DNA of 64,000 nt, taken from Malacoraja senta (Eukaryota). The notes beneath the pieces were generated by a model. That model was not told the origin of the DNA and made no database searches. It saw only the letters and a list, made by a program, of their open reading frames with translations. Below, in pieces: positions 52,885 to 64,000 of this stretch; within the stretch, counting starts at the first letter, position 1; the number at the start of each line of letters is the position of its first letter. The stretch is from positions 44,888,001-44,952,000 of the forward strand of contig CM075984.1 in NCBI GenBank assembly GCA_038087875.1, in the 5' to 3' direction. A program made the position numbers and the translations under genes.

Positions 52885-53118
52885 GTAGGAAGGAACTGCA
52901 GATGCTGGTTTACATCAAAGGTAGACACAAAATGCTGGAGTGTCTCAGCGGGATAGGCAGCATCTCTGGAGAGAAGGAATGGGTGACGTTTCAGGTCGGG
53001 ACCCTTCTTCAGACTTCTTGAGTCTGGAAGGGCCTCGACCCAAAACGTCACCCATTCCTTCTCTCCAGAGATGCTGCCTGTCCTGCTGAGTTACTCCAGC
53101 ATTTTGTGTTTATCTTTG
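52885..53118. mobile_element. Inverted pair of Penelope-derived termini
   Basis: Arms meet at cagact-tcttg-agtctg; flanks aatagactgt / aataggctgt. Confidence 0.78.
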
Positions 53119-53168
53119 GTCAATAGGCTGTCTCTTTTGGACCACTACTGGAGGACCACTACTCTTTG

Positions 53169-53323
53169 TTCTCCCAAACTATATGAAAGCAGATTTTTGG
53201 TTGTTTTACCAAGGGAGCGCCTGAGAATGGCGACAAATGTAAAGCACTTTGGCCAACGAGAGTTGTTTTTTAAATGTGCTATATAAATAAATGTGACTTG
53301 ACTTGACTTGACTTGACTTGACT
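53169..53323 (+). mobile_element. L2-type 3' tail with (GACTT)n microsatellite
   Basis: tgtaaagcactttg...aaatgtgctatataaataaa then ~6 GACTT units. ACTCTTTG on both flanks. Confidence 0.6.
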
Positions 53324-53777
53324 CTTTGCATGCTGGTCCCCTGAGGGGGATCCATCATCTGATACAATGGCTCCAACCCAATCTAAAGAAACTATCAGGA
53401 ACCCTATCTGAAGGAAAATGGGTGTCTGGCAGGATAATGGGGTTAGGAGGGGAAGATAGATCAGCCATGATTAAATGGCGGAGTAGACTTGACAGGCCAA
53501 ATGGCCTAATTTCTGCTCCTATCACTTATGAACATGACCTAAGATCGCAAATCGTTCGCATCATAATTTCACTACAATTTGTCATACTTCAGCATTATAC
53601 TTCTAAGTAATTAAGTCCCTTCTAGCGTGTTGTTTCAATTTGAAAGTTCCCCCGTTCACTCTGGGACACAGTTAGCTTCTAATGGTTCCCAGATCATGTG
53701 TTGATATGCATTGATATACTTTGTCAGAGTGCAGGCATTAAAGATTGACTTTGCTTAAACATGAGGATTTGCTTTAC

Positions 53778-53943
53778 CCTGTGGTATGGATGTGGGCGGA
53801 TAGCTGGCATCCGAGAGCTGGTAAGGAGACAAGGAGGACATTGCTGTGGGCGGGAACCCTCCAGGAATCAGGTGGTTGAACGCCAGCAGTTGGTTGGCGC
53901 CAGCTTGCTTCCTCCAACGGGCCCGACGATTGCTGAACCAAAC
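53778..53943 (-). CDS. PAX3: PAX3 exon 6 equivalent: homeodomain helix 3 plus start of transactivation region
   Basis: [55 protein letters not shown]. Acceptor ttattag, donor gtaaag, 166 nt, phase 0 to 1. Ser50 paired-class homeodomain. Confidence 0.97.
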
Positions 53944-54204
53944 CTAATAATTTAAACATGATCACTGCCAGGACAATTTTAATTGCATTGAATTACTTTT
54001 GCCGCGCTCAGGCTATGAACAGTAAAGAAAAATAAACGAGAATGAATGGCATAATCCAAAATTTACGTTCAAAAGTAATAATCTGAAGATTCAATTGCAA
54101 AACATTACAGCACACCGATTGCATTTGGAATTACATTTACTTAAAACGAATTGAAACCGACTACTTCAATGACAGATCAAGCAAAACACTTTATAAATGT
54201 ATTT

Positions 54205-54670
54205 GTAGGAAGGAACTGCAGATGCTGGTTATACACCAAAGATAGACACAAAATGCTGGAGTAACTCAGCGGGACATGCAACATCTCTGGAAATAAGGAA
54301 TGGGTGATGTCTCGGGTCGAGACCCTTCTTCAGACTGAGAGTCAGGGAGAAGGAGTCCAGAGATATGGAAGGGGAAGGTGTGAAAATGACAAATCAAAGC
54401 AGACGATGCTATGGAAATGTAGACAGACATAAAATGCCGGAGTAACTCAGCGGGAGAGGCAGCATCTCTGGATAGAAGGAATGGGTGACTTTGCAGGTCG
54501 AGACCCTTCTTCAGACTGTGTAATGGTTAATTGTTAGCTGAGGGGGAGGTGACAAGGAGGCATACAATCAGTAAATTTAATCAGAAGGACAGTGAAACTA
54601 GTCGGAGAACCAGGGTGGGGGAGAGACGGAGAGAGAGGGAAAGCAAGGGTTACTTGAAGTTAGAGAAATT
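54205..54670 (-). mobile_element. Penelope 3' region with two tandem terminal units
   Basis: Two direct copies of the tgctggagtaactcagc...acccttcttcagact unit, followed by PLE 3'UTR-like sequence. Confidence 0.72.
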
Positions 54671-54960
54671 GATATACCATTTTTAATAATACGCCATTTA
54701 AAAATACATTTTATTGTGGGATTATTTACTGCTCTCCTGGCAATAATCAACACTATTGAAATAAAGCTGCTTTAAAAAATAAACTACATAAACAAACTTT
54801 CCTGAGGCATTTCAGCATAAATCAAATGTTTTCTGCAAAGTGTGGTACCCCATAACCGTCCACCTGAACTTTACAATTCTCAGTCTGGACTGCGGCTACA
54901 GTAAATGATCCTTTTGTCGAATGGAGCAAGGTAAGACAAGACGGCACGGCAAGGTGGCAA

Positions 54961-55283
54961 GGGCCGCATGGTGGCGCAGCGGTAGAGTTGCTGCCTTACA
55001 GCCAATGCAGCGCTGGAGACCCAGGTTCGATCCCGGCTACGGGTGCTGTCTGTACGGAGTTTTACGTTCTCCCCGTGACCTGCGTGGGTTTTCTCCGAGA
55101 TCTTCGGTTTCCTCCCACACTCCGAAGACCCACAAGTTTGTAGGTTAATTGGCTTGATAAATGTGAAAATTGTCCTCAGTGGGTGTAGGATAGCGTTGAT
55201 CCGCGATAGCGGGGATCTTTGGTTAGCGTGGACCCGGTGGGCCGAAGAAGTCTGTTTCCGCGCTGTATCTCTAAACTAAACTA
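54961..55283 (+). mobile_element. HE1/V-SINE
   Basis: A box tggcgcagcgg, B box ggttcgatcc, V-domain, ctaaa tail. Confidence 0.88.
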
Positions 55284-56789
55284 TACAAGACTTCAAACTC
55301 ATTGGAACTCGTTAGAATTCTGGAACGTCAGATGAGTGAAAATCTTCAGTCATCATTCACTGAAGTAGATTCACTTATGTATAGGTGTTAATCCAAACAC
55401 TGCATACATTCCGAATCAGTCTCATTCTACTTTTTTTTTAGCAATGTATTTTCTAAAATGACAAGGCTTGCGATTTATTTCTGGATATAAGATAATTGTG
55501 CAGAATTAAACCTGTTGAGGTTCCTCAGCAGTTAACTGTCACTGGTATTTTATTAATGTACAGATGTTATGTGTGGGTTTAAAAGGAGCAAAGGATGGTC
55601 GTATAACTGTCATTTAAAAATGTTAAAATTTATTACAAGAAAGAACTCAATAAAAGTTAGCAGATTCCATATTCCTACTGTCTTAGAAATGTTAAATTCC
55701 CAACACTGAACTGTCGTGAAGAAGTCAATGATTGACTTAAATCTGTCATTCATGCTGGGTTTAGTCAAAGATCCATATGTTAGTTGTTCTGGGGAATTTA
55801 GCAGGGAAGTAGATCACAGCAAGCCACATATGAGATGATAGGTCTCATGAGACCAGATGAAACTGTGAGGAATGCAGAGCAGTCACAGGGTTAAAGCTAC
55901 TCCGTGCCAGCTGCTGTATTAATGTGGCTTCTGCGTTCACCGTCAGGCAAGTACTTAGAGAGTTGGTTCTTGTACTTCACTTATCCTTTCCTGACTCGAT
56001 TAGTGTGGGCGTCAGGGGTCATAGGGGAGAAGGCAGGAGAATGGGGATAGGAGGGAGAGATAGATCAGCCATCATTGAATGGCAGAGTAGACCTGATGGG
56101 CCGAATGGCCTAATTCTGCTCCTATCACTATGACTTCTGGAAGCGATATGCATGCATAGAAATTGCAGATCTTGAAGGTGAATGGCAGACAACTTACAGC
56201 TGCTTTGCTGTTTTCCAGCTATCTTCTGTAATGTTGGATAAGTACCCTCAAACAGCATGGAATGTTTCATTGTAGAGAGGTAACCAGTATTTGTTAAATT
56301 ATTTCCCTCAGATTTATTCCCCCTTCCTCTTTAATTTAGTTTAGAGATACAACACGGGAACAGGCCCTTCGGCCCATCGAGTTCCCACCGACCAGCTAGC
56401 CCCACGCATTCACACTATCCTACACTCGGAACAAGTTTTACATTGATACCAAGCCAATTAACCTACAAACCTGTATGTCTTTGGAGTGTGGGAGGAAACC
56501 AAGGTTCTCGGAGAAAACCCACGCAGGCCACAGGGAGAACGTACAAACTCCATACATCATCGTTTGATGAAGTTTAAACATGATGTTGTGATGTTATTGG
56601 CATCTGCATTCCTTTAATAACTTAGCAAAGCAGCCAATTCTTTACATGGATGCCCTATCAATAAGAACATTGGGATTGGTAGACCAGTCAGAATGGGAGT
56701 ACCCTGTAGTATTCATACCTGGAATTTAAACCTAACATTTTGCTATGTGTTTCTTGTGAATAGTCAAAACGTCAGCCATTTCTTCTATC

Positions 56790-57112
56790 CATTCATTCTC
56801 CATCCCTTCCCCACGCAAGTTGCACTAGCTTCTTGTTTTCACCTAACAAACAGCTAACAATGGCGTTTCCTTTATCATCGTTACTTTTTTGCATAGCTTT
56901 CATTCATTGTCCTTTATCTCTCTACATCATCACCTTTATCTCTCATTTCATCTTATCCTTAACCAGTCTGAAGCAGGGTCTCGACCTGAAATGTCCCCCA
57001 TTCCTTTTCTCCAGAGATGCTGCCTGTCCCGCTGAGTTGCTCCAGCTTTTTGTGTCTACCTTCTCTCCAGTTGTTGCCTGTTCTGCTGAGTAACTCCAGC
57101 ATTTTGTGTCTA
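56790..57112 (+). mobile_element. Penelope 3'UTR/terminal fragment
   Basis: Same family as 35745-35952, 22690-22920 and 54205-54670. Confidence 0.7.
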
Positions 57113-57506
57113 ACATTGAATTGATGTCTGACACAAGCCAGTTTTGGAAAAGAGCAAATGTTTGCCATGGAGATCACCGGACCCCTATAGGGAGTTTCTT
57201 TCAGGATCAATCGAAAGGTACTGTTTCCCCAACAACCCCAATTTCCGTGCCATAGTTTTCAACCTTTTGCCACAGACTTCTCTACACACCATCTCCAATC
57301 TACTCCTTGGCAACACGTTGAGTGCTGAGCCATACATTTGCGACTTGAGGGTCATATTTGACCTCACATCATTAAGACTGTCTATTTCTGCCTTGTTGAT
57401 AATATCCAATATCATCCCTGCCTCAGCTCATAGTGTACAGAATAGTAACAGACCCTTCTGCCCATGCCGTAAACCACCATTTATCCTTTTGTATCTTTAT
57501 GAGCTA

Positions 57507-57780
57507 AGGGGCAGCACAGTGGCGCAACGGTAGAGTTGTTGCCTTACCACGCCAGAGACCTGGATTCGGTCCTGACTACGGGTGCTGTCTGTACGGAGTT
57601 TAGACGTTCTCCCTGTGACTGCGTGGGTTTTCTCCGGGTGCTCCGGTTTCTTCTCACACTTCAAAGACGTACAGGTCTGTGGGTTAATTGGTTGTCCCTA
57701 ATGTGATAGTGTATGGGTGGATTCAGTGGGCCAAAGGTTCTGTTTCTGCACTGTATCTCTAAAGTAAACTAAAATTAAAC
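57507..57780 (+). mobile_element. HE1/V-SINE
   Basis: Consensus match. Confidence 0.85.
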
Positions 57781-57879
57781 TCTGAAGCCCACATTCCAAC
57801 TTCCATTTTCTTTCATTATGCATTTCCCCCAATTTATCAATAACATGACTGTAAAGTTCCTGCCCTTTATTTCATATTC

Positions 57880-58610
57880 ATAGAGTCATTCAGCACAGAA
57901 TCATGCCCCTTGGCCCAATATGCCCATGCCAACTAAAATGCCCTATCCAAGCAGGTCCCATTGCCCACACCTAGTCCACTTCCCTATTCATGTAACTGTC
58001 AAAATGTCTTTTAAATGTTATCATTGAACTTGCCTCATCTACTTCACCTGGCAGCTCATTCCATAAACCCATTGACCTCTGTGTGAAAAAAAGTTGCTCC
58101 TCTGGTTCCTATAAAATCTTTCCCCTCTCCCCTTAACCAATGCCCCCTTCGTTCTTGATTCCACTATCCTGGGAAAAAAGACACTGTGCATTCACCCTAT
58201 CTCTTCCACTCATGATTTTATACACCTCTATAAGATCCCCCAAAGCCTCCAAGAAATAACATCCTAGCCTTTTCAACCGCTTCCTAGAGCTCAGGCCCTC
58301 GAATCCTGGCAACAATCCCATAAATATTCTCTGCATTCTTTCCAGCTTGATGGCATTTTTCCAGAGCAGCCTATCATGCAGAATATTATCAAAGACCTTG
58401 CTGGAGTCCATATACATTATGCCAATGGCCATGTCCTCATCAAACGTCCTCGGTTACTTCTTCAAAAAACCTATGAGACATGATCCCCTCCACACAAAAC
58501 ATGCTGACTATCCCTAATCAACCCCTGCCTTTCCAAAATCCACAGACTGTATATCTTATTTCTCAGAATCCTCTCCGGTAACTTTCCTACTGCACATATG
58601 AGCCTTACTC
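57880..58610 (-). mobile_element. CR1 LINE fragments (diverged; continues ~59415-59520)
   Basis: YMDSSKVFDNILHDRLLWK...LERMQR...GDLIEVYKIM. Confidence 0.78.
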
Positions 58611-58785
58611 ATGATAGACACAAAATGCTGGAGTAACTCAACGGAACAGGCATCTCTGGAGAGAAGGAATGGGTGATGTTTTGGGTTGAGACCCTTCTTC
58701 AGACTCTCGACCCGAAACGTCACCCATTCCTTCTCTCCAGTGATGCTGCCTGTCACGCTGAGTTACTTCAGCATTTTGTATCTCT

Positions 58786-59370
58786 CAATTCAATTCAATT
58801 CAACTTTAATGTCATTGCACAAATACTGAGTATGGGTACAACGAAATGCAGTTTTGCGTCAGTCCGTAGTAGTAGTGCAATATAGAAATTTAAAAAAAAA
58901 AGGGGATACAGAATAATCAAAAATACAGAATAATTAACAATGGGGACGGAGGGACCGGAGGAATCTATCGGCGGGACTCCGAGTTCAGCAATGCGACGGT
59001 ATAATTGTAGAAGCTGTTCCTCATCCTACTGGTACGAGACCTGAGGCTCCTGTACCGCCTCCCTGATGGGAGGAGGGCAAACAGTCCATGGTTGGGGTGG
59101 GAGGGGTCTTTAATGATCTTCCCAGCCTGTTTCAGACACCGTTTTCGGTGGAGGGCATCGATGGCAGGGAGCGGGGCACCGATGATGTGCTGCGCGGTTT
59201 TCACCACCCGTTGTAGTGCCTTCCTGTCCGCAACAGTGCAGCTGCTGTACCATACCGTGAAGCAGGTGGTCAGGATGCTCTCGATGGTACACCGGTAGAA
59301 GTTGGTCAGGATCTGGGGGGACAGGTGGGCTTTCTTGAGCCTCCTCAGGAAGTAAAGGCGCTGCTGTGCC
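58786..59370 (-). mobile_element. Rex1/Babar-type LINE 3' fragment with (ATTGA)n tail
   Basis: QQRLYFLRRLKK...FYRCTIESILT...DPSHPNHGLFALLPSGRRY...RNSFY, then 3'UTR and microsatellite tail. TCTCT on both flanks. Confidence 0.88.
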
Positions 59371-59842
59371 TCTCTTCGGTTTAAACCAGCATCTGCAGTT
59401 CTCTTCCTACACATTGAGCCTTACTGATGTATAGTTACCAGGTTTAACTTTGTAGCCATTCTAAAATGGAAGCACAACATTAACCACCCGCCAGTTTTCA
59501 GGCATTGCTCCCATATCTAACAATGATTTACACAGAGGGATCTAAAACAAGAGGTCAAAAATGCCCATGTGTAGACAGGTTTAAGGTAAGAGGCGAGAAA
59601 TTTAATAGGAACCTGAGGGGCAACTTTTTTCTCACATGTGGTGAGTATATGGAACAAGCTGCCAGAGGAGACAGTTACCAGCCTCTGCAGTTTCCTGCAA
59701 TGATCTAAATTGACTAAACTAGATTTACCACTCAAGTACAACTTACTGATTACAGCCTGAATAATTTTGGGTGATATATAATTTTTAAATGTTGCCAGAG
59801 TTTAACAAGGTAATGCAGAGAATCAACAGGTTATGCCCTTAC

Positions 59843-60042
59843 CTGCACTCGTGCCTCCGTGAGCTTTGCTCTCTGCGCGAGTTCCTCCCGAGTGTAGATG
59901 TCCGGGTAGTGGGTTCTCTCGAATGCTCTCTCCAATTCCTCCAGTTGTTCTGCTGTAAATGTCGTGCGACTCCGCCGCTGTTTCCTTTTCAAAGGCAGGT
60001 CTGGTTCCGAGTCAATGTCTGAAGCTTCATCTGAATTATTTG
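59843..60042 (-). CDS. PAX3: PAX3 exon 5 equivalent: linker plus N-terminal homeodomain
   Basis: Manual translation (not in ORF track): (A)[66 protein letters not shown]. Acceptor ctacag, donor gtaagg, 200 nt. ERAF and QRAKL are PAX3-type (PAX7 has EKAF and QRTKL). Confidence 0.97.
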
Positions 60043-60171
60043 CTGTAGGAAGAGCTTTAAGTTAATGATCCGCAATGCAGGAGTGAGCAACTGCAACTTC
60101 ACAGTTAATTCATAGCAGCAATCTCTGCTTGTCTGCATACACCCCTCGAAGATTATTGTATGTGAAAAGCA

Positions 60172-60915
60172 AGACTTAAGCATTTATATCATGCCTTGGA
60201 AAAGTCCAAAGTGCATTCCATACTTATTTCAATTGTGGCCACAGTCATAATGTTTGAAACCAAGAGTTACAATTGTGCACAGTAAGGTCCCAGTATAATC
60301 ATAATCAGATGATCTGTTTTCAGCAATATTGATGAATTCATAAGTTCATAAGCTGAATTTGGCCATTCAGCCCATCAAGTCTACTCCGCCATTCAATCAT
60401 GGCTGATCTATCTTTCCCTCTCAACCCCATTCTCCTGCTCCCCGTAACCCCTGACACCCGTACTAATCAAGAATCTATCAATCCCTGCCTTAAAAATATC
60501 CATTGACTTGGCCTCCACAGCCTTCTGTGGCAATGAATTCCACACATTCACCACCCTCTGACTAAATAAATTCCTCCTCATCGCCTTCCTAAAGGTACGT
60601 CCTTTTATTCTGAGGCTATGACTAGTCCTAGACTCTCCCACTAGTGGAAACATCCTCCCCACATCCACGCTATCCAGGCCTTTCGCTATTTGTGCATAAA
60701 TGCATAAATATTGATCAAGACATAGTGGGAAACTCGCCTACTTTTCTCACATTAACAGCATGGAATTTTGTCTAATTCAACTTAAGGGGACAGACAGAGT
60801 CTAGGTCAATGTCCATCTCAAAGACAACGTCTCCAAAACTGTATCCACCCCTCGCTGTGATTAAATATTGGCAGTAGGGCTAGACTCTAAGATTTTCCAA
60901 TTCAAAGACAAAAAA
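60172..60915 (-). mobile_element. Ancient Deu-domain SINE (SacSINE1/AmnSINE1-like), split by CR1
   Basis: Degenerate match, from memory of the consensus, to gcatttatat...aaagtgc and ataaatattgatcaagaca...gggacagacagagtctaggtcaatgtccatctcaaagac. Confidence 0.5.
60340..60690 (-). mobile_element. CR1 LINE 3' fragment
   Basis: MFPLVGESRT.HSLRIKG...FSQRVVNVWNSLPQ. Confidence 0.87.
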
Positions 60916-61520
60916 CAATATTGCTGAGATTCTATATATTCTAGGAATATAGAAAAATACTGGTTCCATGCTTGACTGCAGGCTCTCCAACAGAAAAACA
61001 TATTTTACTTGGGTGTTGAAAGGTTGGTGTGTTAATAATTTTATTAAAATAAAACATAAAATTTGCTTTCTGAAAAAAATCAGATTTCCTCAGTTTTCTG
61101 TGAACCTGTAAACTATTTAAAATAATCCTGACATGTATGAAGAGAGGCTAAGGATCTCAGCTCCAGCATTGCTATGCAGATTATTTTATTAACAGTGATC
61201 AATTGCAGTATTGCACAATTTGTGAATTTCATTCATTGACTTCTTTGACTTGGAGATGTGGAGCTGCAATCATTTTAATGAATAAGAACAAAAAAAGGAA
61301 ATCTTCCCAGATTTGATCTTCACTGTGAAAATTGAATTTAATAAAAGAATATTCAGTACAGAACAGGTAAATAACCCTTGCCAGTCTATGTTGTCATTTT
61401 TGTTCCACTTGCAGATCTTCCCAATCGTTTTGTTCTAATTCTGTTGAAGTATTGGCCTTCTCCCTCATGCATATCCAACATCTGTTTCAATCTTTAGTAA
61501 TATGTTCCATATTCTCATGA

Positions 61521-61656
61521 GTAGGAAGGAACCGCAGATGCTGCTTTACACTGAAGATAGACATAAAAAGCTGGAGTAACTCAGCGGGTCAGGCTGCGTC
61601 TCTGGAGAAAAGGAATAGGTGACGTTTCGGGTCGAGACCCTTCTTCAGAGTGAGAG
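61521..61656 (-). mobile_element. Penelope-derived short element with 15-bp TSD
   Basis: Core intact at 61621-61648. TCCATATTCTCATGA at 61506-61520 and 61657-61671. Confidence 0.8.
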
Positions 61657-64000
61657 TCCATATTCTCATGATACGCCAGGTGAGAAAGCATTCGCTGAAT
61701 TCTTTAATTGATTTATTTTCTTAGTAACTATCTTTTCTGGTAGGCTCGAGCTTTGTTCTTCCTCAAAACGCAAGCAAATCTTTGTATATTCCATCTAAAT
61801 TTTGCATAATTTTGAAACTATTTATTAATTCAACCCTCATCCTTCACATTTCAACAATAAACACTAGTTTGCTCATCTTTTCATGACAAACATAATCTCT
61901 CAGTTCTGGCATCAGCTCATAAATTTTCTATACCCTGTCTTCTGAGTCTTTTTTAATATAATAGTCAACTAGAATTATGTGCAATAGTCATAGTCTCACC
62001 AAGATTTCATTTTTGAATGCTTTCTATTTAGAAGCTAATCCTATTATATGTTTTCTTTATGACATTAATCTCCAGTGCTATTTCTTGTAATTTCTGCTTC
62101 CTGTTCTTCCCCTCCATTTAAATTCTTATTTTCCATGTAAAAGGTGATCTCTTTATTTACCTTTTAAATGTCATTCCTCACACATATCTGTTACAGCGAG
62201 AGGGGAAAGATTTAATAGGAATCTGAGGGGCAACATAGGGTGGTGGGTATGTGGAATAAGCTTCCAGAGGAGGTAGACGAGGCAGGTACTATCATGACAT
62301 TTAAAGAAACATTTAGACAGGTACATGGATAGGAAAGAATATGGGCCAAATGCAGACAAATGGAACCAGTAGAGACAGGGCATCTTGGTTGGCATGGGCA
62401 AGTTGCGCAAAATGGCCTGTTTCCATGCTGTATGACTCTGTGAATCTATAGACCATCCTTAGCAGGCAAATACTTGTCCAGTGCATAATGCCTTGGAAGG
62501 AACTGCAGATTCTATTTACGAAGATAGACACAAAATGCTGGAGTAACTCAGCAGGTCAGGCAGCACCTCTGGCAAAAAGGAATCGGTAACGTTTCGAGTC
62601 GGAACTGCAGTTAGAGAAGTTGATCCAGATTCTGAAAGATTCTAATTTTTAATGCTCTCTCGTTCGAAATTAACTCCATCGTATGTGTTCTTCGTGATAT
62701 TAATCTCCAATGCTACTTTTTGTCATTTCTATGCTTTCATCCCCTCCATTTAAATCCTTATTTTCCACGTAAAAGGTGATCTTTTTATTTGCCTTATAAA
62801 TTTAAATCCTCGTGTCTGTTCAAATTCACTTCCAAATATAATTCAACAATATTTTATTAATGTCTGCTAACAGTTTATGTTCTTTTCATTTATGACTATC
62901 TAACCCTTTCTATTAGCTGTCATTTGTAAATTTAGATCATTGTGTTTTTTGCTGACAAATTCTACATCATGAATATACTGCAGTGAAACACCAGTGCTTG
63001 GCCTGTGTTAAGCCACCAGTTTCTACTTTCTCTTATTCTAAATAGCTATCTTTTCCCACGACTATTTATTTTATCTGGCCTTTTGATGCAGGGTGCAAGG
63101 AATTAACTTTTTTAATTGCTCATCACTTCCTTTTACTTCCTGCCCAAAGACTTTATACAACGGTTCAGCTTCATGCACAAACAGTGAGATAGAGATATCT
63201 GGGATTTTATTCAAATATATTCACGTCGTTCTTAGATGAAGGCAAAATTATTAAATCCGTTTGGAATTACTTTCCCCTTCCATTATCAAAATAGTGGAAA
63301 CATCACTCCAGACGGAAGTGTTTAGAAAAAAAATACATTGAGGCACTCACGAGTTGCATTAACTCAGCCATGATTGAATGGCACAGTAGACCTGATGGGC
63401 CAAATGGCCTAATTCTGCTCCTATGACATGGGCCTATTAACTGTGGATCCAACGTAATAGTATTATTTTAAGCGAAACTGGAGGAAAGTTTATTTTCATT
63501 CATGCTAAGCGTACGAATAATTTCTAAATGGTTACTGTTTGCATTTAATATACGGGAGAAAGAAACACGGACTTTGCAGACAATTCAGCAGAATGGGTCC
63601 TAAATTAAAATCTATAAGCTTTTCAAGCTGTCTCTCTTCTGCAGCAGGAATCCCCCAGGTCAAAGAGCTTGGCTGGAAATATCATTTGACTCGCCAGCAT
63701 ACCTCTTTGCCTTTAAGTAAACCTACCAGCATTTTTGTATGTCTGATGCTGAAATGCCCTCCACTTTAAATTTTCAATGTGATCTGGGGCCAATTTGTAT
63801 GAGATCCTCGCAAAAGCAAATAACGCACATTAATTTCAGCAACACTAAATTGACCACACTTACTGATTCCTTGGCAGTGTGGATTCTGTGGGATGTGTGG
63901 GACTAGGTCAGTCCTCTTTTTGTGCTGGAGGGTAATGCCATAATCTGCATCTCTGGAGGTGATACATGGACTCCAGAATGTAGATCCGTGCATGCTATTT

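Noticed and set aside
54961-55040. tRNA genes (A and B boxes here and at ~25 similar sites)
   Set aside because: They are SINE heads continuing into the V-domain and LINE-like tail; no complete cloverleaf.
57144-57533. 129-aa ORF as a nested gene
   Set aside because: Contains weak L2-like remnants (AIVF...DLRVIFD) and runs into a SINE; no splice or homology support.
9403-60042. Gene could be PAX7
   Set aside because: ERAF/QRAKL homeodomain residues, the SDIDSEPD linker and the SAFHYLKPDIA terminus are PAX3-diagnostic.
60043-64000. Paired-domain or octapeptide exons of PAX3
   Set aside because: No matching peptide seen; this is intron 4 and upstream exons lie outside the window.

Overview
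AT-rich, repeat-dense vertebrate genomic DNA. The HE1/V-SINE, CR1, Rex1/Babar and Penelope repeat content points to a cartilaginous fish, probably a skate or ray (inference). The window holds the 3' half of PAX3 on the minus strand: exons equivalent to human exons 5-9 (60042-59843, 53943-53778, 49164-48950, 11503-11257, 9437-9403), all GT-AG and phase-compatible, ending in the PAX3d C-terminus SAFHYLKPDIA*, then a ~1.9 kb repeat-free 3'UTR. The paired-domain exons lie beyond the right edge, and 1-7400 is intergenic. Introns carry about 25 tRNA-derived HE1-type SINEs, CR1 and Rex1 fragments, two PIF/Harbinger MITEs, one young Penelope-like element (RT + GIY-YIG) and about 30 short Penelope-derived elements. 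The best candidate for an under-described system is those short elements: they carry a minimal hammerhead-ribozyme-like core (CTGAAGA-A-GGGTctcgACCC-GAAA-CGTC), often occur as inverted pairs and have 11-15 bp target duplications. Also notable are a PAX3 3'UTR layout in which miR-1/206, miR-25/92 and Pumilio sites sit between two poly(A) signal clusters, and a GTCATAAA (Cdx/posterior Hox) site cluster in intron 7. No prokaryotic system or CRISPR array is present. Repeat boundaries and copy counts were estimated by eye.
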